Of a stretch of 64,000 bases of DNA, positions 1-9,948 are shown one piece after another (within the stretch, counting starts at the first letter, position 1; every line of letters starts with the position of its first letter). The translations under genes were made by a program, and so were the position numbers. Where the stretch lies: contig VRVR01000046.1 of the NCBI GenBank assembly GCA_009859145.1, positions 184,064-248,063 on the forward strand. Direction: 5' to 3'. Source of the stretch: Andalucia godoyi And28. Taxonomy: Eukaryota > Protista > Jakobida. The notes below the pieces were generated by a model. It saw nothing but the letters and a program-made list of their open reading frames with translations. It had not been told where the DNA came from and did not search any database.

Positions 1-509
1 GCAGAAGCAGAAGATCGAGAATTGGAGGCAGCGGCAGTTCCAAACTGTCCAAACGCATCTTCGTCCGAGTCTTCTTCGAACGCCCTGATTTCACGCTCAT
101 CCTCCATTTCATCTTCATCACGCGCCGCCGATCTCGACCCGCGATTGATCTGCCGAAGCTCGGATTCTGAATACCCTCGAGAATTCGCCGTTGCCGTCCT
201 GCCGCTACCGTTGTTGTGGTTGCTCGAGGACAGAGCTGGATGAGAGGCAGGAAGACGCGGGTTTGCGTCCTCGAGACGATCGATCCACTCGCAGTACATA
301 TCAATAGGCTCCGTAAGCTCGTTGACGGGACACTGGAACTCCTCCGAACACTTGCCGCAGCGCACCAACCCCATCTTCCCACGCTCCGTCCGAAGCACCT
401 TGCACGAAACCGTCCGTGTATGCGAACACAACGGACAGTCAAAAATCGTGTCCAATGGTGGAGGCTTCTTCTTTGGCGGAGGCGCCTTTCGTGACTTTTT
501 TCCACCCAT
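1..509 (-). CDS. ELF1: Transcription elongation factor 1 (Elf1/ELOF1) with acidic C-terminal extension; 3' end runs off the window
   Basis: Manual translation from ATG at 509: MGGKKSRKAPPPKKKPPPLDTIFDCPLCSH...CGKC...LTEPIDMYCEWID (CxxC...CxxC zinc ribbon plus EPIDxYxEWID). No stop before base 1, which is why it is missing from the ORF track. Confidence 0.93.
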   Translation of the reverse strand, partial: MGGKKSRKAPPPKKKPPPLDTIFDCPLCSHTRTVSCKVLRTERGKMGLVRCGKCSEEFQCPVNELTEPIDMYCEWIDRLEDANPRLPASHPALSSSNHNNGSGRTATANSRGYSESELRQINRGSRSAARDEDEMEDEREIRAFEEDSDEDAFGQFGTAAASNSRSSAS

Positions 510-926
510 ACCCTTCTTCCTCTTCCTCTTCCTCTTCCAATGATTCGCGGCTCACTAATCACATCCACACGATTCTTTTTGTTTCGTTCCCCCAATCATC
601 CCATTGAGTGAAAGACAATGTAGTGTACAAGGGAGATGGAAGCCTCTCCCAAAGCCTGAGGTCTACGGCAGCTGAGCATCAATTCAGAAAAAAAAAGAAA
701 GCCGAGTATCGACTGTAGTCGTCGCGAATTTTTTTTCGTCTTTCGACTCCATTCTCTTTCTCCTTCTCTCTCTCCTTCTCCCTCTCTCTCTCTCTCTTTC
801 ATTCATTTACTCTTTGTCTCATTTTTTTCTTCTTTATTCAAAAGACTTTTCTTAATTTTTTTTCCTTCCTCTACTTGACAGTTCGCACAGACAAGGGAGA
901 AAAAGAGAAAAGAGAGAAAAGAGAGG

Positions 927-929
<3 letters not shown>

Positions 930-989
<60 letters not shown>

Positions 990-990
990 A
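930..990 (+). repeat. (GAAA)n followed by (GA)n microsatellite upstream of eIF4B
   Basis: Direct reading: aaagaaagaaag...gagagagagaga just before ATG 994. Confidence 0.95.
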
Positions 991-993
991 AAG

Positions 994-2487
994 ATGGGAA
1001 AGAAAGACAAGGGCCAGAAGCTTTCTTTGCAGGCGTTTTTTGCAGCGTCGGACACGTCTGAGAACTGGGCGGCGGAGGATGAGACTGTGGAGAGCAGCGG
1101 GACGGGGGCTAGGTCCTCGTCGTTTGTTCCTGCGATGGCGACGACGACGACGACGACACAGTCCTCTGGGACATACTCTATTCCGGCGTCTGCGACTACG
1201 GCCACTGCCGAGGATGGTTCCCGGGAGCAGGGACAAGGACAGGGGTATCGAGATGGCAGCAGGGACAAGGCGTATGGGCAGCCGCTCGGTGCGTCTGCAT
1301 GGCGCACTCGCAGAGCGGACGATGTCCAGGAGTCTGCTCCGGGATCCGCGGTGGCTGAGGATGGGCAGCAGCAGGGATCGTCGTCGGCGTATCGCCCGCG
1401 CCGCCCAAACTACCAGGATCGTCCCGAACGCGAGAACAATCCGGGTTATCGCAGCAGCCGTGAATACAACAATGGCCAGGGACAGTTTCAGGGCCACGGA
1501 CAGTTTCAGGGCCAGGGACAGTTTCAGGGCGAGGAGGAACGCGCACCGATTGTGCTTCCGGACAAGCCACCCTACATCGCACGACTTGCGAACCTTGATG
1601 ATCGTGTGGATGAGGACGACTTGCGGTTTTTCCTGAGAGACTTTTCGCAGGTTTTGGATTCACTGCGGATTGTGGAAACGGGAGGAAAGGACAGGGAGAG
1701 AGATCCGACGAGGCCTGTGCGCAAGGTTGCGTTTGCAGAGTTCTCGACAGTTGACGATCTCAAGAATGCAGTTGCACTCGATGGACGAGCGCTTCGGTCA
1801 AGAAACGTCCGTGTGTCAGTGGCCGAGCCGCGCAAGACCCCGGTTCTTGAAGAGCGAAAGGATCTCGAACGAGACTTTTCCATCCGTCCTCGATTCAATT
1901 TTGCAAAATCGACGGCGCCCGGTTCTGCTGCACCGTCCACCACTGCCGCCACCACCACTGCTGCTGCAGATGCAGATGCAGGTGCAGGTGCAGCAGAGGC
2001 GAAGACCAGCAAGGTGAACCCGTTTGGAGATGCAAAGCCTGTGGATCGTCCGTATGTTGCCCCGGCTCCATCGCGCAACGAGGCAAAGAAGGAGGTCGAG
2101 CGCGTGGAAGCGCGTGGCCGCACCGAGGAGAAGGCGCGGGAAGAGTCGAAGCGTGTCGAGCGTTCTGAAAAGGAGCGCGAAAATGAACGCGATCGACGTG
2201 TCCAGGACAGACGGCGCACGGATGGAGAGCGCCGAAAGGCACGGTCCGAGAAAGAAACTTCACGCGATGGCGATGAAGACGGATTTGTGGTCGCTGGGGC
2301 GTCCGGAGCAGCTGCTTCGGACCGCAACTCTGGGTCATGGAGAAAACAGCAACAGGGCAAGTCCGGCTCCGCTGCCGCTGGTGGTGCAGCTCCGGCTCCT
2401 GCCCCCGCTCCTGCCCCCGCCCCAGTGGCGGCCCCAGCGGAACGCAAGATTGTCAACAAGTTTGCCGTCTTGTCGACTGATGACTAG
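994..2487 (+). CDS. EIF4B: Eukaryotic translation initiation factor 4B-like RRM protein
   Basis: N-terminal KLSLQAFF...NWAAED; RRM LPDKPPYIARLANL...VAFAEFSTVDDLKNAVALDGRALRSRNVRVSVAE; RPRFNF and KVNPFGDAKPVD motifs typical of eIF4B/4H; C-terminal NKFAVL. Confidence 0.82.
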   Translation: MGKKDKGQKLSLQAFFAASDTSENWAAEDETVESSGTGARSSSFVPAMATTTTTTQSSGTYSIPASATTATAEDGSREQGQGQGYRDGSRDKAYGQPLGASAWRTRRADDVQESAPGSAVAEDGQQQGSSSAYRPRRPNYQDRPERENNPGYRSSREYNNGQGQFQGHGQFQGQGQFQGEEERAPIVLPDKPPYIARLANLDDRVDEDDLRFFLRDFSQVLDSLRIVETGGKDRERDPTRPVRKVAFAEFSTVDDLKNAVALDGRALRSRNVRVSVAEPRKTPVLEERKDLERDFSIRPRFNFAKSTAPGSAAPSTTAATTTAAADADAGAGAAEAKTSKVNPFGDAKPVDRPYVAPAPSRNEAKKEVERVEARGRTEEKAREESKRVERSEKERENERDRRVQDRRRTDGERRKARSEKETSRDGDEDGFVVAGASGAAASDRNSGSWRKQQQGKSGSAAAGGAAPAPAPAPAPAPVAAPAERKIVNKFAVLSTDD

Positions 2488-2978
2488 TATCGCGAGTTTT
2501 GTTGTTTTGCTGTCAGTCTTTTGGTTCCGTATTTGTGAATGTGTGAGTGTGAGTGTGAGTGTGAGTGCGAGTGCGAGTGCGAGTGCGAGTGTGTGTGCTC
2601 TGAAGTGTGTGCGTGTGCGCGCTTCTCTTTGGAAAGGAAAATGTTGCAAGACTCTTAAAAAAATAAATAAATAAAAACCACAAAATAAATAATAATAATA
2701 ATAGTATTAAAAAAGACGTCGGAAGCGACTAATTTCTAATTTCATAGAGTACAATTGCAAACACCAGCACACAAGAACAAGAAGAAGAAGAACAAGAACA
2801 AGGAGAAGAAGAACAAGGAGAAGGAGAAGGAGGGAAATAAAGAAGGAAGATACAATGAAAATTACAATAGCAACGACGATACCGACGGCGACGACGACAC
2901 GGACACGGACACGGACGCGGACGCGGACGCGGACGGCAAGAAAACGAAGTGCCTTGTTAACACACGGGTCCGGGTAGA

Positions 2979-3488
2979 TTACTGGAGAACACAGCACTTT
3001 CCACTCTTCCCCTTGTGTCGAGGCTTGTAGGACTCGAGGAATCTCATTTGTTTCGAGTTGATGGCGCCTCTCCGACGTTCTCTGATGAAGGTGATAGCGT
3101 CGAGTGGTTCCATTCCAGCCTCGATGAGGGCGATAGCGACGAGGACTGGGGCTCTTCCCAATCCTGCGACACAGTGGACTGCAATTGTTCTTCCTGGATC
3201 GTTGACCCGTTCAGCATGTTCTGCAATCACGAGCGAGAGCCAATCATCCACAATCTTTGCCGGCGGTGCGTCTCCGTCCTGGAACGGCCAGTAGTGCACC
3301 GCAATGCCTTCGTCTGCAACCTTTCCGTACGTGTACGTGCAGTCGCACACAATGCACAAGTGCGTTACGTGATGCGCCTTCATTTCCTTGATGTACATTG
3401 CAAGATTTGTGTTCGATGGCGCGTCAAAAATAAGAAACCGGTGTCCATGCGTTTCAATTACGCTCGGCTTGTTCGGAAGCGCACTCAT
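2979..3488 (-). CDS. PTP4A: PRL-type prenylated protein tyrosine phosphatase (169 aa)
   Basis: RFLIFDAP, WPFQDGDAPP, active site HCVAGLGRAPVLVAIALIE, RRGAINSKQ, C-terminal CaaX CCVLQ. The ORF-track extension upstream of ATG 3488 is microsatellite. Confidence 0.96.
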   Translation of the reverse strand: MSALPNKPSVIETHGHRFLIFDAPSNTNLAMYIKEMKAHHVTHLCIVCDCTYTYGKVADEGIAVHYWPFQDGDAPPAKIVDDWLSLVIAEHAERVNDPGRTIAVHCVAGLGRAPVLVAIALIEAGMEPLDAITFIRERRRGAINSKQMRFLESYKPRHKGKSGKCCVLQ

Positions 3489-3532
3489 CACAACGACAAC
3501 AATGATGACGATTGCTCGACGATTGCTCGACC

Positions 3533-3624
3533 ACACACACGCACACACGCACACACGCACACACGCACACACGCACACACGCACACACGCACACACGCAC
3601 ACACGCACACACGCACACACGCAC
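3533..3624. repeat. (GCACACAC)n octamer tandem repeat, about 11 copies
   Basis: Direct reading upstream of the PRL start. Confidence 0.93.
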
Positions 3625-3986
3625 TCACGCACGCAGAGCTTTGTCAATAAAGAGACAAAAAATATGATCAAGGCATAGGAAACGAGGAATTGAAAAGCAG
3701 CAGGAAGATCGAAATGATTTCAATTCCTCCTCTTTTCTTCTTCTTTTTCAATACCTTGTAGAAAATTAAAAAAAGAAGAAACAAGGAATTTCTTAATTTA
3801 AAAATAAAAAATAAAATTATTTAAATTAAAAAGAAAAAGAAAAAGGAAAGGAAAAAAAAAATGGTTTTGAAAAAAAAAAGCAAAAAAAAAAAAAACGCGT
3901 AGAAAAATAACAAACGAATAAAACGAAGCAAAAGAGAAAAAGCTGATTTTTCAGCGGAAACATTTTTTGGAGAAAAGAGAGGGGAA

Positions 3987-4000
3987 GCATCACGTGATGC
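3987..4000. promoter_or_regulatory. Perfect 14-bp palindrome GCATCACGTGATGC containing E-box CACGTG
   Basis: Seen directly in the divergent intergenic between PRL (-) and the SANT gene (+). Function is inferred. Confidence 0.4.
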
Positions 4001-4127
4001 CACTTTCCTTTTTTCAATTGGAGACGTGCGTTCGGGATGTGTCATGTCATGTCATTTGTGCTATCGTTATTGTTCGTTTTTGGTTTTTGGTTTCTGTTTT
4101 CCGTTTTTTCTCTCTGGAGGTTTTGTC

Positions 4128-4129
<2 letters not shown>

Positions 4130-4203
<74 letters not shown>
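4130..4203 (+). repeat. (GA)37 microsatellite
   Basis: Direct reading; ends 26 nt before ATG 4230. Confidence 0.97.
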
Positions 4204-4205
<2 letters not shown>

Positions 4206-4229
4206 AGGATAGGGGAGCGGGAAAAAAAT

Positions 4230-4880
4230 ATGGAGATGCAAGATGATGGAACGTGGCTTCCGGATGAAACGGCACAGTTTGATTTGTACCTGTCGAGTTT
4301 GAACAACTGGACGACGGATCTTCCATCGTTCGAATCTCTTGCGTCACAGATGCCCGCAAAGCACGGACCCGACATTCTTCACAAGTATGCTGTTCTGCTC
4401 TATGATATTACACGACTCGAAATGCTCGCACACACTGCATCTCTTCACTCTCACCCTCCTCCACTTTCTCAGTCACATCCACATCCACATCCACACCCAC
4501 ATTCTCAGTCTCACTCAACAGCCACCACCGCCGCAAACTCCGCAGCATCTTCAACAGCGGGCTTGGCCGGTAGTGCTGCAAAGTCCAAGAAGAGAAACAC
4601 ACCTCCCTCCGGTGCAGCACTCAACCCGCCGCCGAGCAAAAAACAAGAGTTTGGATCCTCGGCATTCGATAACCCGCTGCAATTACCTTCCGCACAACAG
4701 CCACATCAGCAATCTCTGTCTCAATCACAACAGCAGCAGCCGCAGTCTCTACAAATTCCACAGTCACAGCAACCGCAACAGCAACCGCAACCGCAACCGC
4801 AATCGCAGCCGCAGCCGCAGCCGCAGCAGCCTACCAATGACCTATCTCCTTTCAATGAAATGGACGCGCTGTTCAACTAG
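4230..4880 (+). CDS. Single SANT/MYB-repeat protein with His- and Gln/Pro-rich tail (216 aa)
   Basis: WLPDETAQFDLYL...FESLASQMPAKHGPDILHKYAVLLYDITRLE fits the pattern W..EE...F...L...W..IA..hPgK...Dh...Y..L..Dh..IE; basic NLS-like KSKKRN; poly-QP tail. Confidence 0.65.
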   Translation: MEMQDDGTWLPDETAQFDLYLSSLNNWTTDLPSFESLASQMPAKHGPDILHKYAVLLYDITRLEMLAHTASLHSHPPPLSQSHPHPHPHPHSQSHSTATTAANSAASSTAGLAGSAAKSKKRNTPPSGAALNPPPSKKQEFGSSAFDNPLQLPSAQQPHQQSLSQSQQQQPQSLQIPQSQQPQQQPQPQPQSQPQPQPQQPTNDLSPFNEMDALFN

Positions 4881-5106
4881 CTTGCTGTTCAGATGCATCA
4901 TCTTCATTATTTATTATTTGTCAATCATGTATATATACATACAATTGTTGTTCTTCTCTTTGCTTTTGCTTTTGCTTTTCTTCTTCTTCTTCTTTTTCTG
5001 GTTTGTTTTAGTACGTCGTAAACAGCGCCGTCAAAGCCATTTCAAAGCGAGCAACCAACAATGGAATGCAAGGGGATAGAAAAGTTCTTCTGTCCTCTGT
5101 CGAGAC

Positions 5107-6873
5107 CTAGTGTTTTTGAGCGGTAAGAAATGCACGGATTTGTGCTGGAGAAGTACAGCTTCCTGCAACAACGACTTGCGTTGTTGTTGCATCTTCGTCG
5201 CCATCAGCACCATCGTCGACACCGCTGGCTCTCTTCGACAAGTGAAAAAAGCCAAACTCGGGTAGATTTGATTTTGCGGTTGATCGAGAATGGGCTCCAG
5301 CCACCGCCAGCACGTTCGCACTCGCCTTCAACACCGCATCCCAGTCTACCCGCCGCATCTTTCCCTCGCGTCCCGTGTCCAACTCTTCCACCTCACTCCT
5401 ACTATTACTCGCAGTCCCAATTGCAGTTGCAGCGGCAGTTGCTGTTGCTGTTGCAGTCCCACTTCGAGCATTGCTCTCACTCGCTCGGCAAAGGTCGGGC
5501 TGGTCTGTGTGGACGCGGGTCGCAGCAACGACATATGGCTGCACCGGTACAATCTGCCCTGCCATTTTGCATGCACGAACCCACGACACTCCGACAACCG
5601 GCACACCCCACTTGCGCGCCATCTCTCTCTTTCGTGACCGCCCATCCTCCTCCACCTCCTCCGCTGCTTGCTTCTTCATCGTTCTTCCGCCGTCCTTGTC
5701 GTCCGCGTCGGCTACAATAAGAACGCGTGTCCGTCGAAACAGACGTCCGTCTACTACTGCACCAAGCCCTTTCATCACCCATTCACACTCACGCAGCACC
5801 ACCGCATTGTCAATCCCAGTATCATTCTGATCCTCATCCTGATGATCCTTCTTTGCACTACTCTCCTGTTCATCATGCACGACTGCAGTTGAAAACCCCG
5901 AAAAACAGATCACGGTCTCCGTGTCGACGTGATGCTTCCCATCTGCGCGCCGCCTTTTGATCGGAGTGTAGAACATTCGCGCATCAACATCCAACATCCG
6001 ACGCGCCTCGACACACGCGGTGACATACTCGATCGTCACCATTCGAGCATCACTTGCATCCCTTGCACTTTGGAGATATGGCAGAGTGGACGGACACAGA
6101 ATGTGGACTGCAGGAGCCGCAAGAGCATCGAATGCAAGAATCTGCGCACGCATCTTGCGAAAAGCACGGGGGAGCGCAGTTGACATTGACGAAGGGTCAT
6201 CAGTCGAACTCAAAAAGGAAGGGTGAATGCGAGTTGTGAAAGATGCCGGCAGACAAGCGGCGAGCGCGCGACATGCGGATACCCAATGAGCACATACTAC
6301 AGGCACGCCCCAGCGCGTGGCAACGGTCATTTTCTCACTCATTCCATTGGTATTGCCGCTACTACTGCTACTATAACAATTGGCAGTCGTTGTGGTAGCA
6401 GCGGTGAGATCATTGTCATTGCCATTTGCAAAATGACTATCGTTGTGAGAATGACTGTCGTTACTGTCGGAGGGCGAATAAGCAACAAGTATATGGACCG
6501 ATTTGTCGAGGTCTCTGACAACGGCGGCGCCCATATCAGTAAGAGCAGCATGCATGGATGCGCGTGCGCGAGACGGAAACATGGTGGTGCACGCAATGCG
6601 ACCTTGGAGCGGTCGCAGCTCATCAGAGAGGGATATATCTTCCGGGGCCAGCGGGCGGGTTCCCAGACTGTCCAGAAACGCAGACGGCACAATGGGGATC
6701 GCGATCGCGAGGGCTGCGCGATACTTGTCGGATGCACCGGCCGATTCCGTCACAAGCAACGCACAATTATCGGTCAGGTCGCCTTGACACTGCGCTCCAC
6801 GACCCACCAACGCCGTAGACAGACGCGACTTGGTACTAGAGCCATATCCCGAGAGCGTCGCAATCACCTTCAT
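5107..6873 (-). CDS. Tandem BRCT protein (about 4 BRCT repeats), Dpb11/Rad4/TopBP1-like
   Basis: Repeated BRCT signatures: IATLSGY...GAQCQGDLTDNCALLV...KYRAA...IPIVPSAFL; GAAVVRDLDKSVHILVA...KMTVATRWGVPVVCAHWV; ICFSGF...LGAVVDGRL...ARKWGVPVVGVSWVRAC. Confidence 0.75.
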   Translation of the reverse strand: MKVIATLSGYGSSTKSRLSTALVGRGAQCQGDLTDNCALLVTESAGASDKYRAALAIAIPIVPSAFLDSLGTRPLAPEDISLSDELRPLQGRIACTTMFPSRARASMHAALTDMGAAVVRDLDKSVHILVAYSPSDSNDSHSHNDSHFANGNDNDLTAATTTTANCYSSSSSGNTNGMSEKMTVATRWGVPVVCAHWVSACRALAACLPASFTTRIHPSFLSSTDDPSSMSTALPRAFRKMRAQILAFDALAAPAVHILCPSTLPYLQSARDASDARMVTIEYVTACVEARRMLDVDARMFYTPIKRRRADGKHHVDTETVICFSGFSTAVVHDEQESSAKKDHQDEDQNDTGIDNAVVLRECEWVMKGLGAVVDGRLFRRTRVLIVADADDKDGGRTMKKQAAEEVEEDGRSRKREMARKWGVPVVGVSWVRACKMAGQIVPVQPYVVAATRVHTDQPDLCRASESNARSGTATATATAAATAIGTASNSRSEVEELDTGREGKMRRVDWDAVLKASANVLAVAGAHSRSTAKSNLPEFGFFHLSKRASGVDDGADGDEDATTTQVVVAGSCTSPAQIRAFLTAQKH

Positions 6874-6917
6874 TTAATTTCGAACCGGTCTATTTATCGG
6901 CAGATGCGAGCAATCGG

Positions 6918-6933
6918 CAGCAGCAGCAGCAGC

Positions 6934-7006
<73 letters not shown>
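6918..7006. repeat. Compound trinucleotide microsatellite (CAG)n(CAC)n(CAA)n in divergent promoter
   Basis: Direct reading between the BRCT gene start (6873, -) and the methyltransferase start (7256, +). Confidence 0.95.
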
Positions 7007-7255
7007 GAAAGCATGGATTTTGCTTGCGCAGCCCCAAATTCGGGTATAGTGTGCTTGTGCTTGAGTCTGCCGAGGCGACGAGAAAGCAACAGTCGGAGTT
7101 TTTGTTTCCGGCTGTGCAATGGAGCAAAACGCTTGCACGAATTGTTTTCTTCTCCATTTGTCTTCATTCTCGCGACTCGCATCGGTAGGGTGGTAAAGAA
7201 GAAGAGGGGCGAGACAACGAGGACAAGGCAACGGTGGAGGAAAAAGAGAAAAGGC

Positions 7256-8101
7256 ATGAGTCGGACATCGGTGGAGTACTGGAGTAAATTCTACACAGAC
7301 CACACCCAGTTTCAGTGGGGCGGAGTGTCCTCGGATGTTCTTGCGCAGTTTGTGTATCGGCAATGGAAATCTCGGTATCCAGGCGACGACGGATCGATTG
7401 TGCCTCGAATTCTGGTCGCGGGTGCGGGGACGTCTCGCGATGCGGCGTGTCTACAACAGGCATTTTCACTTGTGGAGCGCGCCGTTGTGGCAGCCGATTT
7501 TGTGCCGCACAACGTGGAAATCCAAGTGCGCGAGCATCGAGTGGATGGCGTGCTGCAGGATATGTTGCAGGTGAGGGATGACTGGATCGCGTCGTTTGAT
7601 GTGGTGGTAGACGCCGCATTCACCGATGTGTTCGTTGCATCGTGGGGCGCGAAAGACGAGGAGAATCGCACGGTTCGATCGGCGGTTTCGCCAAATGCCA
7701 AACGAGCATTCGCAAACTTGTGGAGTTATCTGAAGCCAGAGGGCCTGTTTGTTTGCAAATCTGCGGTTGCAAGCGAGGAGCAGTACGCAGAGGTCGTCAT
7801 GCAGGCTACCGGAGTTGCCTACGAGCCTTCCTCGCAACCAGATGGTGCTGCCCTTGACGCCTCCATGATGAGAGACGTTTCCAACGCCTCTGCCCTTTCT
7901 CCATCGTCTTCCAATCCCCATTTTTCTTCTTCATCTTCTGGACCGGAATCTGGACTCCTGAGAACGAGAAGTGGGAGGATTGTCAGAGGCGCACGCACTT
8001 CCGAGGGACACGTAGGCTGCATTTGGAAGGATTCAGCAGTGGTTGTGAAGAAGTCGCGCACGCTCCAAAAACAAACGAATCCTGTGAAAAAAAGTTCATG
8101 A
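7256..8101 (+). CDS. Class I SAM-dependent methyltransferase, METTL13-N/EEF1AKMT4-like
   Basis: N-terminal EYWSKFY...FQW; motif I RILVAGAGTS; VVAADF; DMLQ...SFDVVVDAAFTDVF; LKPEGLF. Confidence 0.72.
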   Translation: MSRTSVEYWSKFYTDHTQFQWGGVSSDVLAQFVYRQWKSRYPGDDGSIVPRILVAGAGTSRDAACLQQAFSLVERAVVAADFVPHNVEIQVREHRVDGVLQDMLQVRDDWIASFDVVVDAAFTDVFVASWGAKDEENRTVRSAVSPNAKRAFANLWSYLKPEGLFVCKSAVASEEQYAEVVMQATGVAYEPSSQPDGAALDASMMRDVSNASALSPSSSNPHFSSSSSGPESGLLRTRSGRIVRGARTSEGHVGCIWKDSAVVVKKSRTLQKQTNPVKKSS

Positions 8102-8245
8102 GCCTTTACTATTTCAATCCGTTCTTTCCAATCATTCTTGTCAAAGAGGTAACAGTAACCCCAAAGAATAAACAAACTAAACCGTTGAATAATAACACGC
8201 AATTGTCATGCATAAGGGAAGTATCCATAAACAGACACCGACACT

Positions 8246-8380
8246 AGCACGTTTGTTTCACAGGAATTCGTGCTTATGCACGCTCGGCCAAAATTCAGCC
8301 GGTGACACGTGTTGGGACCTATCTCCTTCCCGGCAACGGGATGCAAGATTGAATATGCATATCTACGAATAGACATGCAT
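8246..8380. ncRNA. Candidate structured ncRNA (four adjacent hairpins), family unassigned
   Basis: Hairpins visible by eye, including cccg-GCAA-cggg and atgcat/tcta-cgaa-taga/atgcat; no ORF. Confidence 0.25.
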
Positions 8381-8708
8381 GTTTCAGTGTATTATGTAGG
8401 CGAATCAATTAAAATAAATATTGAGGACAGGAAGAAGTGTCAAAGGGGTTTTTGCGGGACTTTGGAGACACGACTTGCTTCAGTTCTGCAAAATTTGTCG
8501 ACAGTGGTCGATATCATTCTGCGAATACACTCGAAGCAACGGATGTCACTTTTTTTTTTTAACGCCAGATAATCTGCTTGAGGCGCAGAATGCGAGCCCA
8601 ATGTTTTGGAGAGGTTTTGAGTTGGAGGATAGTACTTTACTTTATTGTTGTTGTTATTATCATTATTATTTCGATTTATTGGAAGACTTGAAGGGGTGAT
8701 TGTGGAGG

Positions 8709-9908
8709 ATGTTGTCGAATCTCAAGAAAACGTTGGCAAGTGCAGCAGATGCAGTGCACGACAAGATGCAGACGGTGAAGCACAAGATCAACAGTCGTCG
8801 TGATGGCGCGCGGTTGCGGGACTGCTCGACTGCGGCAGCGGAGGTGAAGACACAGACGCAGAAACTTGTTTCTGCGATGGATTCTGCATGGTCCAGCTTC
8901 ACTGAGTTTTTGAACTCGGACTGCAACGCCAATCTTGAGAAGCCAAGCGCAAATGCTGTGCTGCAAGCGTTGGAATCCGTGAAGCACGAATGCTACGCAG
9001 GGTTTGTGGATGCGACAAAGGCCTTGGATGCGTGTGTTGCCGACGAAATTCAGCTGCGGAAAATGGCTCCGAATACTCCTGAACACGACTTCGATGTTCA
9101 GAGAATGCCCATGAGGCACAAGACGGTGTCGATTGCGCTTCGCCAGACGCTGAATTCGCTGCAGCTGTTCACGTCGGCTCTTGGATCCGTGTGCGAGCTG
9201 TGCGTCTCGGATCTCTCCACGAGGGTCTCTGTTCCTGCGACAGTCACTCATGTGCCGTGGGAGGAACTGTGGGATGAGTATCGCCCTGCCACAGGCGCCG
9301 CTCCGCAGAAGGTGGTGGCTGCTAGTGCCAGCGGCTCCGATGAGTCGGCAGCTGCCAAGAAGAGTGAAAAAAAGACTCAAAAGTGGGAGAAGCTCATGCA
9401 GTACCCGCGGCCTATGGACGGCGATACCCGCGCATATTTTGCAAAGCAGTACAATGCTATGCTCCTTGACGCGACTCTCGACAAGTTTGCAAAGGTCGTG
9501 CTGCGTTATGAAAAGTGGACGGAATCCATCGCCGAGTTCTTTTCATACGTCGCGGTTTGCGTGGAAGATGAACTTGCAGCACTGGAGTCAAAGGATGCCC
9601 TTTGCAAGGTGCTGCGAGTCTATGAGGGCCAGGCGCACAACAAGCACAATCCGGCAGTCACCCAGGCATACACGGAAACCGTTGAGCCGTTGGTCGAGAA
9701 ACAGTCGGCCTTGGTCCCGACGCCCAGCGTCCAGCCTACTGCGGACCAGCAAGCTGCGCACCAAGAAATCCCTCGAGCCAGAAGCACAGATCTGATTCGT
9801 GCCGCCCAGGCATTCATGGCCGTCGTCCTGGACAAGATTGCAAAGGCACAAAAGGAGGAACTCGCAATGTTGGGAGGTGTTATTGACCGGTATCTCGTGA
9901 AACAGTAA
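8709..9908 (+). CDS. Hypothetical all-helical protein (399 aa), possibly BAR-like
   Basis: Long clean ORF with coding-like composition; amphipathic N-terminus MLSNLKKTLASAADAV; long helical runs; no recognised motif. Confidence 0.75.
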   Translation: MLSNLKKTLASAADAVHDKMQTVKHKINSRRDGARLRDCSTAAAEVKTQTQKLVSAMDSAWSSFTEFLNSDCNANLEKPSANAVLQALESVKHECYAGFVDATKALDACVADEIQLRKMAPNTPEHDFDVQRMPMRHKTVSIALRQTLNSLQLFTSALGSVCELCVSDLSTRVSVPATVTHVPWEELWDEYRPATGAAPQKVVAASASGSDESAAAKKSEKKTQKWEKLMQYPRPMDGDTRAYFAKQYNAMLLDATLDKFAKVVLRYEKWTESIAEFFSYVAVCVEDELAALESKDALCKVLRVYEGQAHNKHNPAVTQAYTETVEPLVEKQSALVPTPSVQPTADQQAAHQEIPRARSTDLIRAAQAFMAVVLDKIAKAQKEELAMLGGVIDRYLVKQ

Positions 9909-9948
9909 CCATAAAACACGAAAAACCAGTTACGCTGCGGAGTCGTCT

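Noticed and set aside
852-2674. Many long overlapping ORFs on both strands around eIF4B, and similar shadow ORFs across the window
   Set aside because: Antisense or alternate-frame shadows of GC-balanced CDS and microsatellite translations (poly-ER, LS, CV, VR); no motifs.
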